Both the position numbers and the translations under genes were made by a program. Source: Eledone cirrhosa (Eukaryota). From it: a stretch of DNA of 64,000 nucleotides. The stretch lies in assembly GCA_964016885.1 (NCBI GenBank), contig OZ024740.1:276830001-276894000 (forward strand), given 5' to 3'. Positions 13,743-31,489 of the stretch are shown here, piece by piece (position 1 is the stretch's first letter; every line of letters starts with the position of its first letter). Below the pieces are notes generated by a model that did no database searches, was not told where the DNA came from, and worked only from the letters and a program-made list of their open reading frames with translations.

Positions 13743-13813
13743 ATTAATAAAGATGCTGATGTTACATAAATTGTTTATTCAACGATTTATGTAACATCAG
13801 CATCTTTATTAAT
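13743..13813. repeat. Inverted repeat with about 29-bp arms between microsatellites
   Basis: attaataaagatgctgatgttacataaat / atttatgtaacatcagcatctttattaat. Confidence 0.85.
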
Positions 13814-13815
13814 GT

Positions 13816-13873
<58 letters not shown>

Positions 13874-14190
13874 ATGTGTGTATGTGTGTATGTGTGTGTG
13901 TGTGTGTATATGTGTCTGTGTGTATGTGTGTGTGTGTGTGTTTTAGTACAAACTTGTTATAAATATCCAACGGTTTAGGTTTAGAGCATTCAGTTATGAA
14001 TAATCAGTTACAACAGTGGCATTACATAGTTACCAGGTACTTAAATATCTTTAGGTTTAAAGCCGACGAAACTTAAATATCTGCCTAATGCTATTTTTTT
14101 CCTTTTAGTCCCTGCCTACTATATCAAGCGTAATGCTAATATATTTCGTCAGTATACTGTGTCGTTCGCTTTATGTCTATTTACATTTTG

Positions 14191-14282
<92 letters not shown>

Positions 14283-14318
14283 TACACATACACACACCTA
14301 TATATATATATATATATA

Positions 14319-14630
<312 letters not shown>

Positions 14631-14743
14631 AAGTAAACAGAAATATATATATATATATATATATAAAGTAAACAGAAATAACAACACACAACAGTATATG
14701 GAAGGAATATATTAGGTTAACGCTTGAAATAGAAGGATGAGTG

Positions 14744-14779
14744 TCTTAACGTTTCGGAGGCTAGACTTTCATCAGAAGA
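14744..14779 (-). ncRNA. Minimal type I HHR with a weak stem II
   Basis: Reverse complement tctt-CTGATGA-aagtctagcctcc-GAAA-cgtt-aaga. Lies in a TA-flanked island whose end (aagtaaacagaaataacaacac) recurs at about 36935. Confidence 0.6.
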
Positions 14780-15258
14780 AAGAATGAGAAACTAGAATGA
14801 TTGTAGGGACGGGCGGGGTGGAATTGGCGAAAATATTTTTGGAGAAAAATAACAGGTCCATTCATGTTGCCATCTCTTGGAAAACTGTTAATGCTGGCGT
14901 TTTGTACGTTTTATATATATATATATATATGTAGATATATGTAGATAAATCTACCAAAATATACGGTAGTATCCAATCCGTATGAAGAACTCGATGTAAT
15001 CCAAATATTATGAAAAGAGAAGATGTATTCACAAATTTTCGATAAAAATCTTAAGAAAACAGAGTCAAGAAAAATTAATAAAAAAATGAAATAAAAACAA
15101 AGAACAAGTTCCTTATATTAAAATATTTATCATTTTACGATCATTTCTAGGATGTATATGTGTGTTGGTATGTATATCATATAGATCTATGTAAAAATAT
15201 TACAAATAATCAGAGGAAATATTCATACCTTCACATATACATGCTATCTTCAGAAATG

Positions 15259-15300
<42 letters not shown>

Positions 15301-15492
15301 TATGTATACGTACATACATATATATATACAGACGTACAGTAGTATGTATATATATATACATACATGCACACATATATATATGTACCTAGCATTTATTATA
15401 ATGCTCGGTTTGTTTGTAAACAAACATCCCGAATTAAGCCGTACAGTGTTTAGCAACCATCGTTGCCCTTTTGTTCAACACTGACAAAGGAA

Positions 15493-15533
15493 CGATGTAC
15501 TAGTTTCAAGCGTATTAGCTATCGTCAGCACCG
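15493..15533 (-). ncRNA. Minimal type I HHR
   Basis: Reverse complement cggtg-CTGACGA-t-agc taatac gct-t-GAAA-ctag-TA-catcg; stem I cggtg/catcg. Confidence 0.75.
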
Positions 15534-15972
15534 TATACCTTCCTGCCAGATGATTGAACGTCTGAAAGTATATACTTTCCTTATGCATATTAACGGCTGA
15601 GCAGCCTAATTTGCATATCGAGTGAGTTAATCGGCCGTACTAAGAGTGAGGGAGAAATGAAATTTCGTTTATTTTTTCCATTTATATATATATATATATA
15701 TATGTCTGAAATGTATAGCCTTACACACGCTGACGAACCGAGGTTACTCCATTTCTTTCAACAACTTACTGGCGAAACAGATCTCTTTGGATTTGTACGT
15801 GTGTTATATAGTTATAGAGGTATTTATTTACGCTTTAATTTATATTTTTAATTATCGTGTCTATAGTCTACCTTTCATAGGTTATAGATTTCATACACTG
15901 GTGGTTTTTTCCCTGTTTTATTGATAGCGTACTGTATATCTCTCTCTGGTGTGTTACCTTTTCAACATATTG

Positions 15973-16093
<121 letters not shown>

Positions 16094-16822
16094 AATATAT
16101 CGAAAATGACGTGCACAGTTTTGAACTCTACCGGCAGTACTGCTAGTTCCTTCGGTTTGACACCATCTTACACGATATTAAACACAGTCCCAGAGTATTT
16201 TACAAGACGAAAACTAAGTACATGACGAGCACAATGTGTGATGAAAATGGTCATTTAGACAAATTTAAACACATAGGGATAAATTGAAACACAAAGTAGG
16301 TGACACGCGCAGAGGAAAATGTCAGTTAGTAGTGATAGCCACGTTTGAACGGAGTAGTAGCACTGAGATAAAAGAACGAGATAACAGTGTCAAGTGTTAG
16401 AAAAGTAGATGTAGTGGTGAAAGTAATAACTCAACAAAAAAGGAAGTGCAGGACCCACGTGGTCACAGATGATATTTAAAACCTTGCAACAAACACATTG
16501 TTGGCTTATTAGTATGTATTCATTGGTAGTATTCCCCTCATCAAATAACTTAATATTCTAATCTAGATAGAACGAATATTAAGTCCAGTAAAAGTTATCT
16601 CATTCATCCGATACGACTTTCTGGAATTTGGAATATGATATTTGCCTGTAATATTCTGAAGCGTTTATATATGCAGCCACAGATTCTAGATTATAATCTA
16701 GAATCTTAGATAATTATCTAAGCTTCTGAAGATCCATTGAAAAGGTGAAAGCAGAGATTCCATTCTGAAACTAAACTATCATCATCTTTTGCAATAATAG
16801 TAATAGATATTTACCCGCAATT

Positions 16823-16940
<118 letters not shown>

Positions 16941-17362
16941 CATACAGACACATATATACACACGCACACGCTCATTCACTCACTTACTCGGAAGGAACGT
17001 CTTCAACAGAAGAAAAGGTCAACAACCGTATTGCCTATTAATTTGTGTGGTGAATAAGTGTAATTATATTTTAAACTGCATTAGTCCATTAACTCAGAAA
17101 GTATAGCTACCCATATATAATGAGAAATGTTTTACGTGCAGTGCGTATTAGGGAAAGTAAATCATCAGAGGTAAAGAACATAAATAGACTATGCACACAA
17201 ACACAAGTCGAAACAAACCGCTTGGCACCACAGTCGCAATTTCACATATCTCCCACCCCACCCCTCTCTCTCTCTCTATATATATATATTATGTATATGA
17301 AAGACGTGAAATAAGAAAAATTTAAAAAAAAATTAAAAATTAACTTACTTACTAAAATTTTC

Positions 17363-17444
17363 ACTCCAACTAATTAGTTTCTGTAATGGGATAGAGATAG
17401 TTACGTAATATAACCATCGATAATTCATTACGTCATCAGGAAGT
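17363..17444 (-). ncRNA. Type I HHR with extended stem II
   Basis: Reverse complement acttc-CTGATGA-c-gtaatg...gatggtta...taactatc...cattac-a-GAAA-ctaattag-TT-ggagt. Confidence 0.75.
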
Positions 17445-17623
17445 CTATTCTCAGCTAAGTCTCCAGGCAATGCGCGGACACTAGGGACTCATGTATTTGG
17501 TAGCATTAGTGTACATCTGTACGCATATGTTGGTAGATATACTAATTCTCTGTATATTATGTATATATATATAAATTATATATATATATATAGAGAGAGA
17601 GAGAGGGGGGGATAGGTAAAATG

Positions 17624-17658
<35 letters not shown>

Positions 17659-17663
17659 AAATC

Positions 17664-17698
<35 letters not shown>

Positions 17699-17700
17699 AA

Positions 17701-17774
<74 letters not shown>

Positions 17775-18044
17775 GAAATAAAACAGTAGCAAACACTAAA
17801 GGGATTTTCTCTCAGAATAACATCAAAACATTTATTTACACAATAGGGATTTCCGCATCTAATTGTACCGGTTTCAGCTTCATATGCTTTTGCAACGACG
17901 GAAGTATATAATGCAATTAAATTGCATATTAATAAGAATAATAAGAATATGGAAAAAAGATTGTTTTTATATACATATTTAGGGAGAAAAGTTCACATTT
18001 TTGTCCGTAGTTTTCTTTCTTGTATCTCTTAGTGTTGACCTTAG

Positions 18045-18116
<72 letters not shown>

Positions 18117-18118
<2 letters not shown>

Positions 18119-18421
18119 CTAAGGATTAATATGGTTCATTGATTACTCAATGAATATAGTTTTACAATAGATTAAAAGCACTCTACAAGAAGGTTTTTTT
18201 TAGTTATTAATATTATTCAGAATATTAATAAATGAAGACATTCTATTCCAGTATTGGCAGTCAATACTGGAATTGAACCATCAAGACCGTTGAGGTATGT
18301 CATACATCAATTCCTGTATTTTATCTGACGAGGACATACTGAAAAAAACAGCACAGTACCTTCGAAATATATATAATAAAACATATTTTGGTTATGTGAA
18401 TGTCTTCATTTATTAATATTC
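18117..18421. mobile_element. TA-embedded fold-back mini-element family H2 containing an HHR (18319-18381, +)
   Basis: gaatattaataaatgaagacattc (about 18220) is inverted at about 18398; HHR ttttat-CTGACGA...GAAA-tatata-TA-ataaaa; second copy at 36325-36521. Confidence 0.8.
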
Positions 18422-18483
18422 GGTAGGGGTTCTCCTACATGGATATAAAGTAGTGGCCGTACTCGAAAACGAGTTGGCAGCCA

Positions 18484-18487
<4 letters not shown>
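18421..18487 (+). mobile_element. 3' UTR tip of the RTE-derived element (matches 52388-52454)
   Basis: cggtaggggttctcctacatggatataaagtagtggccgtactcgaaaacgagttggcagccacca is an exact match. Confidence 0.85.
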
Positions 18488-18526
<39 letters not shown>

Positions 18527-18747
18527 TATATTCTAAGGAGTACAGACAAGGTGGACAAAAAAATAATTATTGTAACCACTAATAATTGAAGAATCCGCTC
18601 TACTCTTAATTCCTCAAGAGCTAACAGAAATTGAACAAGATATAATATTGTTTCATATGCTGAGGTATACGGGTTGTTTCGTTATCAAAATAAATTAGCT
18701 AAAAAGTTTGCAGTAACTTATTTCTGTTTATTGGAGGAATATAAGGA

Positions 18748-18930
18748 TAATTGTTTCTACTTTTGGCACAAGGCCAGCAATTACCCAGTACATTATTGGT
18801 ACTTTATTTTATCGACCCCGTAAGGACGAAAGGCAAAGTGATCCTCAGCGGGATTTGAACTCAGAATGGCAAGGGCCGTAACTCTATGCGTCAAAGTATG
18901 TCATCCAACCCTCTACCGATACTACCAATT
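18748..18930 (-). mobile_element. SINE family A
   Basis: aattgtttctacttttggcacaaggcc...gggatttgaactc...ctctaccgatact. Confidence 0.9.
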
Positions 18931-19537
18931 CAATGGTTCGAACTCAGTATATAGAGGTTCAAATTTAAATATCACAAGGAAATTTAATTCGAGAGAACTA
19001 TTTTATCTGCCAACTAACCGTCCGTTGTTTTCTGACAGAATATGAAAATTATTACATTTTGCTTCACTTAAACTCCCAGGTTTAATATAGGTTATAGGCA
19101 AATGCCTTTATTTCGTGTGGAATAGTAGATAGTACACACAGAATACTACAAATTAAACAAACAAAATATAAATATATAAGAATATAAAACTAACAGAAAA
19201 TAGTGAATAATAGAAATATAATAAATTGTCATATTCATAGAGGAAACAAAGTAACAAGCAACTTATATTCATTTTCGTCTGTATGATTCAGCAATGACTT
19301 TCAGATTGGCAATAAATAAAGTCAGAGTTGGAAATGTAACCTCTTTGTCATTTAAATTTCCTTGGTTTTATCTGAAGTTCGGGTGAGTGGAATTCTTTGA
19401 ATAAAAATTTCTTTCGCCCATCAATAAAGGTCAATAAGTCATCTTTGTACCGAAAATTATCGTTAAATGTCTGTAATTCGGTACATATATGTATGTATGT
19501 ATGAATGTATGTATATATGTATATATGTATATATGTA

Positions 19538-19595
<58 letters not shown>

Positions 19596-19611
19596 CGTGT
19601 GTGTATGTATA

Positions 19612-19687
<76 letters not shown>

Positions 19688-20509
19688 GTATGCATGTATG
19701 CATGTATGTATTTATATGTAAATATATTTATGTGTGGATATATATATTCATACAGTGACACACATTGAAACGTGCATACTGTATATATGCCCATATATGT
19801 GTGTTACATACACAAATGTATATATATACATGCATATATATCTATATGTTTATATATACGAATATATATATATATATAATATATGTATGCTTGCATATAT
19901 GTTTATGTAATAATTATATATATAATGTGCGTGTGTGTATATATATATATATATATATACATACATATATACATACATACAGCTGCATGCATACATATAT
20001 TGAATGTTCTTATATAAATCGTGCTGGATGTTTTTGATCGGAATGGAGGCGAGAGAAATAGATCAGCCGAGAATCCCGTTAGTTTTCCTATTATCTACTG
20101 AAAACAAGGAATTGAGTTTTGGTGGTTGTTTTGATGATAGTGGTGGTGGCGGCGAAGGTTTTGGTGATGTTGCTGGTGGTGATGGTGGTTGTGTTGGTGA
20201 TGTCGGCGGGTCGTAGAGAAACGACAGTTATCGGGTAGAAAATTTATTACACCCTTAATTGAATTCTAACTGTATTATAACTGGTACTTCTTTTAGTTAT
20301 TTCGATTCTATATTATTTTAATATTTATTGTATTCAATTTCTCTGCTGTAACTATGAGTGTGCGTGGTGTATGGTGTGGTGCTAGGGTGGTGCAATGGAG
20401 GTGCATGCAAATGTATGTTTATTAATACGCCTGTATGAGAGTGTGCTGCGTGAACATATCTGTATATTACAGGTGTGATGTTGTGAATTTCGTATACGTC
20501 GTACGTGGT

Positions 20510-20640
<131 letters not shown>

Positions 20641-21054
20641 TATGTATATGTGTGATTTCTAAGGGCTACTTTTAATACTAAGCCTTTATGACGTCCACCA
20701 CCCACCTTAACGATTTAACACTGATAAATAACAAAGATTCAGTTTCTATTTGACAGCAAAGTCGATGGCTGTTTTGAAAAGTAGTCTTAGTTTATTGTGT
20801 GTAGATCTAAAGAAACTAGAAGTATACCATATTTTATAATGTTATTAAATTTCGCTTGATCGATGAAATGTTGTGCTTCACTGTTGCGACCATTTTCTAG
20901 TTTATTTCGAAATTTTTGAATTATCTCAAGAACTACTCTTTTATCTTAAAATACAATAAATAAATAAAAGATAAATAAAATGAATTTAAAAGAAAAAAAG
21001 AAACAACATAAAATGTCCATTAAATTTATTGTTCTTCGGTGATTTCATCGACAT

Positions 21055-21695
21055 CGTTATTGTCGTCGTCGTCGTCGTCGTCGGCGGCGGCGCGGCGGCA
21101 CGGCGGCGGCGTGGTGGCGCGGCGGCGCGGTGGCGGCGGCGGCGGCGGCTTATTTATCATCATCATCGCCGTCAAGTAACTAACTCTCGTCGTCGTCGAC
21201 GCCGCCTCCTCTTTCATCATCGTTGTTGGCGTAATAATCATCGCCGTCGTCGTCGTCGTCGTCACCATCATCGCCATCATCGTTGTTGTTGTCGTCGTGG
21301 TCGTCGTCGTCGTCATCACCATCACCATCATCATCGCCATCACCATCATCGCCATCGTCATCATCACCATCATCATCATTTTCACCACCACCACCACCAC
21401 CACCACCGCCACCACCACCACCACCACCACCACCACCACCACCACCACCACCACCACCACCGCCACCATCATCAACAACATCATCATCATCATCATCGTC
21501 ATCATCATCATTATCACCATCCTCATCAGCAGCACCATCATCACCATCATCGCCATCATCGCCATCATCATCATTATCATCACCATCAACATCAGTATTA
21601 CCGTCATCATCATCACCACCACCACCACCACCACCACCACCACCACCACCACCACCACCACCACCACCACCACCACCACCACCACCACCACCACC

Positions 21696-21729
<34 letters not shown>

Positions 21730-21778
21730 TCATCACCATCATCATTAGAATCATTATCATCATCATCATCATCATCAT

Positions 21779-21809
<31 letters not shown>

Positions 21810-21817
21810 TCCATCCT

Positions 21818-21852
<35 letters not shown>

Positions 21853-22645
21853 ACAGCAACAGCAGCAACAGCAGTATCACCATCATCACCATCATCACCA
21901 TCATCATCATGGTCGCCATCACCATCAACATCACCATCATTACCCCATCAACATCATCACCGTCATCCTCATCACCATCATCATCATCATCACCATCATC
22001 ACCATCATCGCCATCATCACCATCATCACCATCACTATCATCACCATCATCACCATCATCACCATCATCACCATCATCACCATCACTATCATCACCATCA
22101 TCACCATCATCACCATCATCACCATCATCACCATCACCATCATCACCATCATCACCACCATCATCACCATCATCACCATCATCATCATCATCATCATCAT
22201 CACCATCATCACCGTCATCCTCATCACCATCATCATCATCATCACCATCATCACCATCATCGCCATCATCACCATCATCATCGTCGCCATCATCACCATC
22301 ATCACCATCATCACCATCATCATCATCACCATCATCATCATCACCACCATCATCACCATCATCACCATCATCACCATCACTATCATCACCATCATCACCA
22401 TCATCACCATCATCACCATCATCACCATCACCATCACCATCATCATCATCACCATCATCACCATCATCACCATCATCACCATCATCACCATCATCATCAT
22501 CACCACCATCATCACCATCATCACCATCATCACCATCACTATCATCACCATCATCACCATCATCACCATCATCACCATCATCACCATCACCATCATCACC
22601 ATCATCACCACCATCATCACCATCATCACCATCATCATCATCATC

Positions 22646-22677
<32 letters not shown>

Positions 22678-22741
22678 CATCACCATCACCATCATTATCA
22701 CCATCATCACCATCACCATCATTATCACCATCATCATCATC

Positions 22742-22773
<32 letters not shown>

Positions 22774-22815
22774 CATCACCATCACCATCATTATCACCAT
22801 CATCATCATCATCGT
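21055..22815. repeat. Large compound trinucleotide tract (GTC/GGC/CAC/CAT) with 9-bp CACCATCAT higher-order units
   Basis: Directly visible; it produces the spurious poly-His/Pro/Met ORFs. Confidence 0.95.
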
Positions 22816-22980
22816 AATTTTCAAGTAGCGAATTTATAAAGTCGTCCTAATGCTGGATAGAATACATTGCTTCTATTGTTGCAGCTCTGAGATCAAATCT
22901 CTTCGTGGCCAGCTTCACCTTCTCATCTCTTCCATGTCGATAAATAACATCCCTGCCAACTACTATTGTAGAGTTCTCAT

Positions 22981-23461
<481 letters not shown>

Positions 23462-23698
23462 GTCTATATTTTTATTTTTAATTTCATTCGCACCGTTTCC
23501 TTTCGCTATATGTCTCTCCACCACTCCCCTACACACCATTTGAACTCTGTTCCCACACACTTCTCACCCGAGGAAAGGCTTATGCCCGAAACGTCGTTCC
23601 CCACCAACACCCCACTCTCCAGAGCGTGAAATTAATAAACATTCGTTGTACTGCCTCTCTGTTTTGTTCCTGTTCAAATTTTTCCATTATATATATAT

Positions 23699-24205
<507 letters not shown>

Positions 24206-24358
24206 TATATATATGTATTGAAGTTTCCGTTGAAAATTGAAAAAGTCAGAGGAATGAAGAGCGCTCTATGTAAGTTACAGAGCTAAATATTTAATGTATA
24301 ATAAACAATACAGTATAATTACCTGATTACCAGAGGTTTCCCGAATAAGACGAATACA

Positions 24359-24411
<53 letters not shown>

Positions 24412-24547
24412 ACATATATATATATATATATATGATTCCAGTTCCTCAGAGAAATAACAACCCAACCAGGAGCTGGACATATCGGAGTATTGACGGAGTA
24501 AAACACTTCAACAACATGTGTACCTGTCTCTACCACACCAATTCGGA

Positions 24548-24599
24548 CTGCCTGAAGAGGTCACAGCCAATGATGGCGGTCACCGAAATATATTAGCAG
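24548..24599 (+). ncRNA. Minimal type I HHR followed by AATAAA
   Basis: ctgc-CTGAAGA-ggtcacagcca atga tggcggtcacc-GAAA-tatat-TA-gcag; aataaa at about 24609. Confidence 0.75.
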
Positions 24600-25186
24600 A
24601 ACATCTTTAATAAACGAAGCCAAATTTTAAATATTTGACTTAATTATTTTATATATATATATATATTTATATAAATGAAAGGTATAGAAAACACTGCAGC
24701 GAAAAGCGAACAGCATTCCATAGTATAAAAGTGACTATAGCGTCAAAATGGGAAAAATAGTTAACGTAAGATGTGGGAAAAATAATTTAAACTTATCTCA
24801 AAGAGAATCAGGATATAAATTCATCCACAGAATTTAGTGAAATCCAGGGAAAAATCAATAGAGCCTTAACTCATGATAAAATAAAGTTCAAAATACCTAT
24901 CCTTCAATTTGGAAAAACCTTCAAATGCTCTGTATAGTCGTAAGAGTATTTCATGAAAACTTTCAGCGGAGATGGTCACGGTTGGAGTTCATCATCAGCA
25001 GAGCTCAACTCGATAACCAGGATTCTCGCAGATTAATATGCCAAAAAGGGAATTCTAAAGCTGGCCAGTCCAACATCATGCGTGATCACGAAAAACGCAC
25101 ACGAGGAAAAAATGGCTATTGACGTCAGAATGAGACGTAAGTTTGTTTACAAGAAACAACAGTCAAAAACATTCCGAAAAAAACTC

Positions 25187-25227
<41 letters not shown>

Positions 25228-25496
25228 ATCCCTGAATCGACTACTTGAATGGAGCTCAGAAACGAGCTTTTACATCACGGCCCAAACAACTTTTACAACT
25301 GTTTTGGACACATGAAATCATCATCATCATCATCATCATCATTATCAATTCTACGCCGATGTAGTTGTATCAGTGGCATCATAGTTTTCCCTGTTATATG
25401 AGGTTAATCATCCTCTCAACTTTTCTTTTTCTGTTTTCCTTTCTCGTAAATGTTAAAGCCTCCACGAGGGGATACAGCACTTGGATATTTTACTAT

Positions 25497-25692
25497 TGGA
25501 TTGGCAGTATCGATATAGTGTCAGACACCATGCTTTGAAGCATAGAGTTACGGCCCTTTATTCTTTATGATCTAAGTTTAAATCCCGCCGAGGTTAACTT
25601 TATCTTTCATCCATACGGGGTCGATAAAATAAAGTACCAGAAATGTACTGTAATAATTGCTGGCCTTGTGCCAATAGTAGAAACAATTATTA
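25497..25692 (+). mobile_element. SINE family A
   Basis: ggattggcagtatcg...aaatcccgccgaggttaac...gctggccttgtgcc. Confidence 0.9.
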
Positions 25693-26396
25693 TGTAATAA
25701 ATTATATTGATATGGTGTACTCTTGTCTAATTTATTTTTCCTGGGATAGAATTCGTTGAACGCTCGAATGTGAATTCATACATAAAGATTCAGACATTGC
25801 AGTGTGGTTAAGAAGCTCGTTTCGCAATCATGTGATTTTAGGTCCTGTTTTGTTGCATGAAACTTTCAACAAGTGATGTATGGAAGGAATTTGTAGTTTA
25901 CTTGAAGCATTGTACATGAGATGAAAAATTCAAACTTCGATAATGTATCTTTGGACGGTAAAAACATGGCTTGATTTCGTACTTTAATTTATTCATATGT
26001 CCGGCCAGCATCGGACACAGGAATAGTTCCTTCATTTTCTCCGGAAGAAGAGATATTAATCTCGAAATATCAGGACATGAATAAATTAAGGTAAAAAAAC
26101 AAGCCCTGTTTCTTACGATTTAATTATTCTCCGTCCAAACCGGCCTTTAGGCTCACCAGATCAATGGAAAAATTGTTAATACTGTAAATAAAACCCTTTT
26201 TGTACAGCCGACCATGATATTCTTCACTATTTCACTATTATTACTCCAAGAATAACCTGCATGAGAATTCTCGCAAACTCGCCACCTAACTAAGGAAACC
26301 TCTTGTTGAGTCAAACAACACCGTACATTAAAACTATCCATAGTACAGAGTACTCACAACCTCTAACTGGATTACCTAAAACGATCACATTTTATC

Positions 26397-26510
<114 letters not shown>

Positions 26511-26693
26511 GTGAATGCGTGTGTGTGCACGTGTTTGTATCTCGTAACCTACCGCCTCAACAACAACAAAAAATGATTGATAAAAGAAGTACTTTTGTAT
26601 GTATATATGTATATATGTATATATGTATATATATAATGTAAAGAAAACGTTCTCCGGTTTGGAAGAGATGAACCTCAGGTATTTATATCTTAG

Positions 26694-26737
26694 TTAATTC
26701 CGAAGAGTCCCAGGAGGATGAAACATATGTAAGTTAA
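26694..26737 (+). ncRNA. Minimal type I HHR (C4 variant)
   Basis: ttaatt-CCGAAGA-gtcc cagga ggat-GAAA-catatg-TA-agttaa, in a TA-flanked island. Confidence 0.65.
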
Positions 26738-26770
26738 ATTATGATATAACTAACTGTGTTTGGTAACGTA

Positions 26771-26801
<31 letters not shown>

Positions 26802-26873
26802 CGTTGATTTTCGTTAATTCCTGAGCTGAAAACGATTCTCGCTAATTTATATTTATATATATATATATATATA

Positions 26874-26929
<56 letters not shown>

Positions 26930-26997
26930 TTATTTATTAAAATAACAGATTAAAGTTTAAGCAAAGAATCGCTGATTTAACCCTTAATATATATATA

Positions 26998-27040
<43 letters not shown>

Positions 27041-27044
<4 letters not shown>

Positions 27045-27184
27045 ATAATATATGTGAAAACTAAAATCCGAAAAGGGCTCGATGAGGATGATATATATAT
27101 ATATAAATTATATATATAAACCCGTAGAACCAATATTTATTACAAGTACAGATGAAAGTTTAATCTGTACTTATAATAAATATA
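27041..27184 (-). mobile_element. Fold-back mini-element family H3 (related pieces at 26925-26990, 30450-30612, 31547-31598)
   Basis: Arms atatttattacaagtacagat / atctgtacttataataaatat; tail ctaaaatccgaaaagggctcgatgagga is the reverse complement of 30557-30590. Confidence 0.7.
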
Positions 27185-27210
27185 TGTATATACATATAGA
27201 TATATATGTT

Positions 27211-27296
<86 letters not shown>

Positions 27297-28289
27297 CACA
27301 CACACATGCACTCACACATGTATGTATATATATATATGTGTGTGTATTTATGTATGTATGCATATGTCAGGTCATTCTCAAGCGCTACTGGTAACATGTA
27401 ACCCTTTATAATCTGTTGCATGGTTGGGGTGTTGGCGACAAATCCGAAAACTCCACCAAGCTTGCTTTGTTTTTTATCCCACATGACATCTGAAAATATT
27501 TATCAACTTCGAATCAAATGAATTAGGATTATTGAATGTTGTGTAAAAAATCAAAAAAAATGGTAAACAATGTGTCTATGTTGATAGATTTATGCACATA
27601 ATTTTATGACTACTTCTTTCAATTGTCATATGCCACTGCTTGTCCTCAAGTGCCTGCTGACATTCTCTCATCCCTCAGTTTGTTTAACAACATCCTTAGG
27701 TTACAACTGAATATCAAGTGCTTAGGTTTACTGAAATTGTTGTTTATCACTTAACATGCCAGACCATGTGTTTCATACATGCTAGGTTGCAATGTTTAAT
27801 ATGTGTGATACTCTGAAAGACAGTTAAATCTGTGATGACACAATTAAAGAATATTTAATACACCGACATCAACAACCATGAGCTTTCTGGGCCTCAATAA
27901 TTTCATTTATTCCTGCATATTACAATACTTCTTGCATACATTTCTTTTATCTGTTGCAGGCTTTTAAGTTCAGACTTCTATAAACTTTTACTCGAAGGAT
28001 TTTATCGGTTTCTCAATGCAATTGTTTGGCGAAATGTGTGCATTGAGTTAGCACAATTTACATTACAGTACTCACATGAATAATATCCCAACCATATGTA
28101 CATCTCCAATAAATATAATCCCGTGACCAGCATTAACCAATGGGCACCGATAAAGCAGTAGTCCCCGGACATAACATATCTCAAAAATACTCATAATATT
28201 GGCTGATTGATCACCTTGTATGGATGATGCTTACTCCGAGTAACAAAGCAGTGAATCCTTAACTGCTCACCAATAAATTTGAATCACGC

Positions 28290-30260
<1,971 letters not shown>

Positions 30261-30289
30261 TGCAATTGATAATTTATAATAATAATAAT

Positions 30290-30417
<128 letters not shown>

Positions 30418-30639
30418 GTATATATATGTATATATATGTATATATATATTGAGAAGACCCCGTTAAGGGTGAAAGCAGCGATTCTTTGCTTAAACTTTAA
30501 TCTGTTATTTTAATAAATATTTGCTCTACGGTTCTTATATATTTGATATATATTTATCCTTATCGAGCCCTCTTTGGATTTTAGTCTTCAAATTTATTAT
30601 TATTACTATATATGATATATGTAATATATATATATATAT

Positions 30640-31019
30640 TTAAAAGAATAGAGGTGTAACACACGAGTTGTGATATATTGGTAAAAGGAAAAGAAAATGC
30701 TGACAAATTGTTCCCAGTGAAAAATAGTTTAATTAGGAATAAGTAAAAATTAGTAATAAGTATTGGTTAGTATTCAGATTTGGTTTTTAATTTTACCGGT
30801 TGCGCATTTCTAATGCTTTTCAAAAACAATTTTGAGATAGAGCGCCCGTGATGTTTGCTCTATCTCAAAATTATTTTTGAAAAGAATTAGAAATGCGCAA
30901 CCGGCAAAAACTTAAAACCCAAACTGAATACTAACCAATACTTATTACTAATTTTTACTTATTCCTAATTAAACTATTTTTCACTGGGAACAATTTGTCA
31001 CCATTTTCTTTTCCTTTTA

Positions 31020-31025
<6 letters not shown>
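30640..31025 (-). mobile_element. TA-embedded fold-back element (about 170-bp arms) with a decayed U3-A8 HHR
   Basis: Arms about 30674-30843 / 30856-31025 with several mismatches; TTGAAAA-gcat tagaa atgc-GCAA-ccgg-TA; short tail 30640-30673. Confidence 0.8.
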
Positions 31026-31091
<66 letters not shown>

Positions 31092-31102
<11 letters not shown>

Positions 31103-31489
31103 ACAAAAGATGGTTAAAAGAGTTCCATGTATTTTATTATGCGCATTTCAAAAACAAATATCATCCTGCAATAATATTTGTGTTTTCATCAGATAAAACA
31201 GGAATACATGATATGAAGGTTACAAAACACTTGTGAATAGTGCAGTTTTAAATCAACTGCACTATTCACAAGTGTTTTGTAACCTTCATATCATGTCTTC
31301 CTGTTTTATCTGATGAAAACACAAATATTATTGCATGATGATATTTGAAATGCGCATAATAAAATACATGGAACTCTTTTAACCATCTTTTGTTCTTATA
31401 TATTATGTATACTCCAGTCCTACAAACTGTAGAGTGCTTCTTATCCGATATCTGCATTGCTTTATTGTACTACAATAAAACTCACCTCC

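Noticed and set aside
15730-15790. Additional HHR-like cores (also about 16110-16160, 17862-17900, 23567-23596, 32964-33020)
   Set aside because: Core or stems too degraded to call.
21026-22839. Long poly-His/Pro/Ser/Met ORFs (also 55555-57449)
   Set aside because: Open in several frames on both strands purely because of trinucleotide repeats; no splice or domain context.
27500-28280. Complex sequence, possibly a decayed DNA transposase
   Set aside because: No motif I could identify with confidence.
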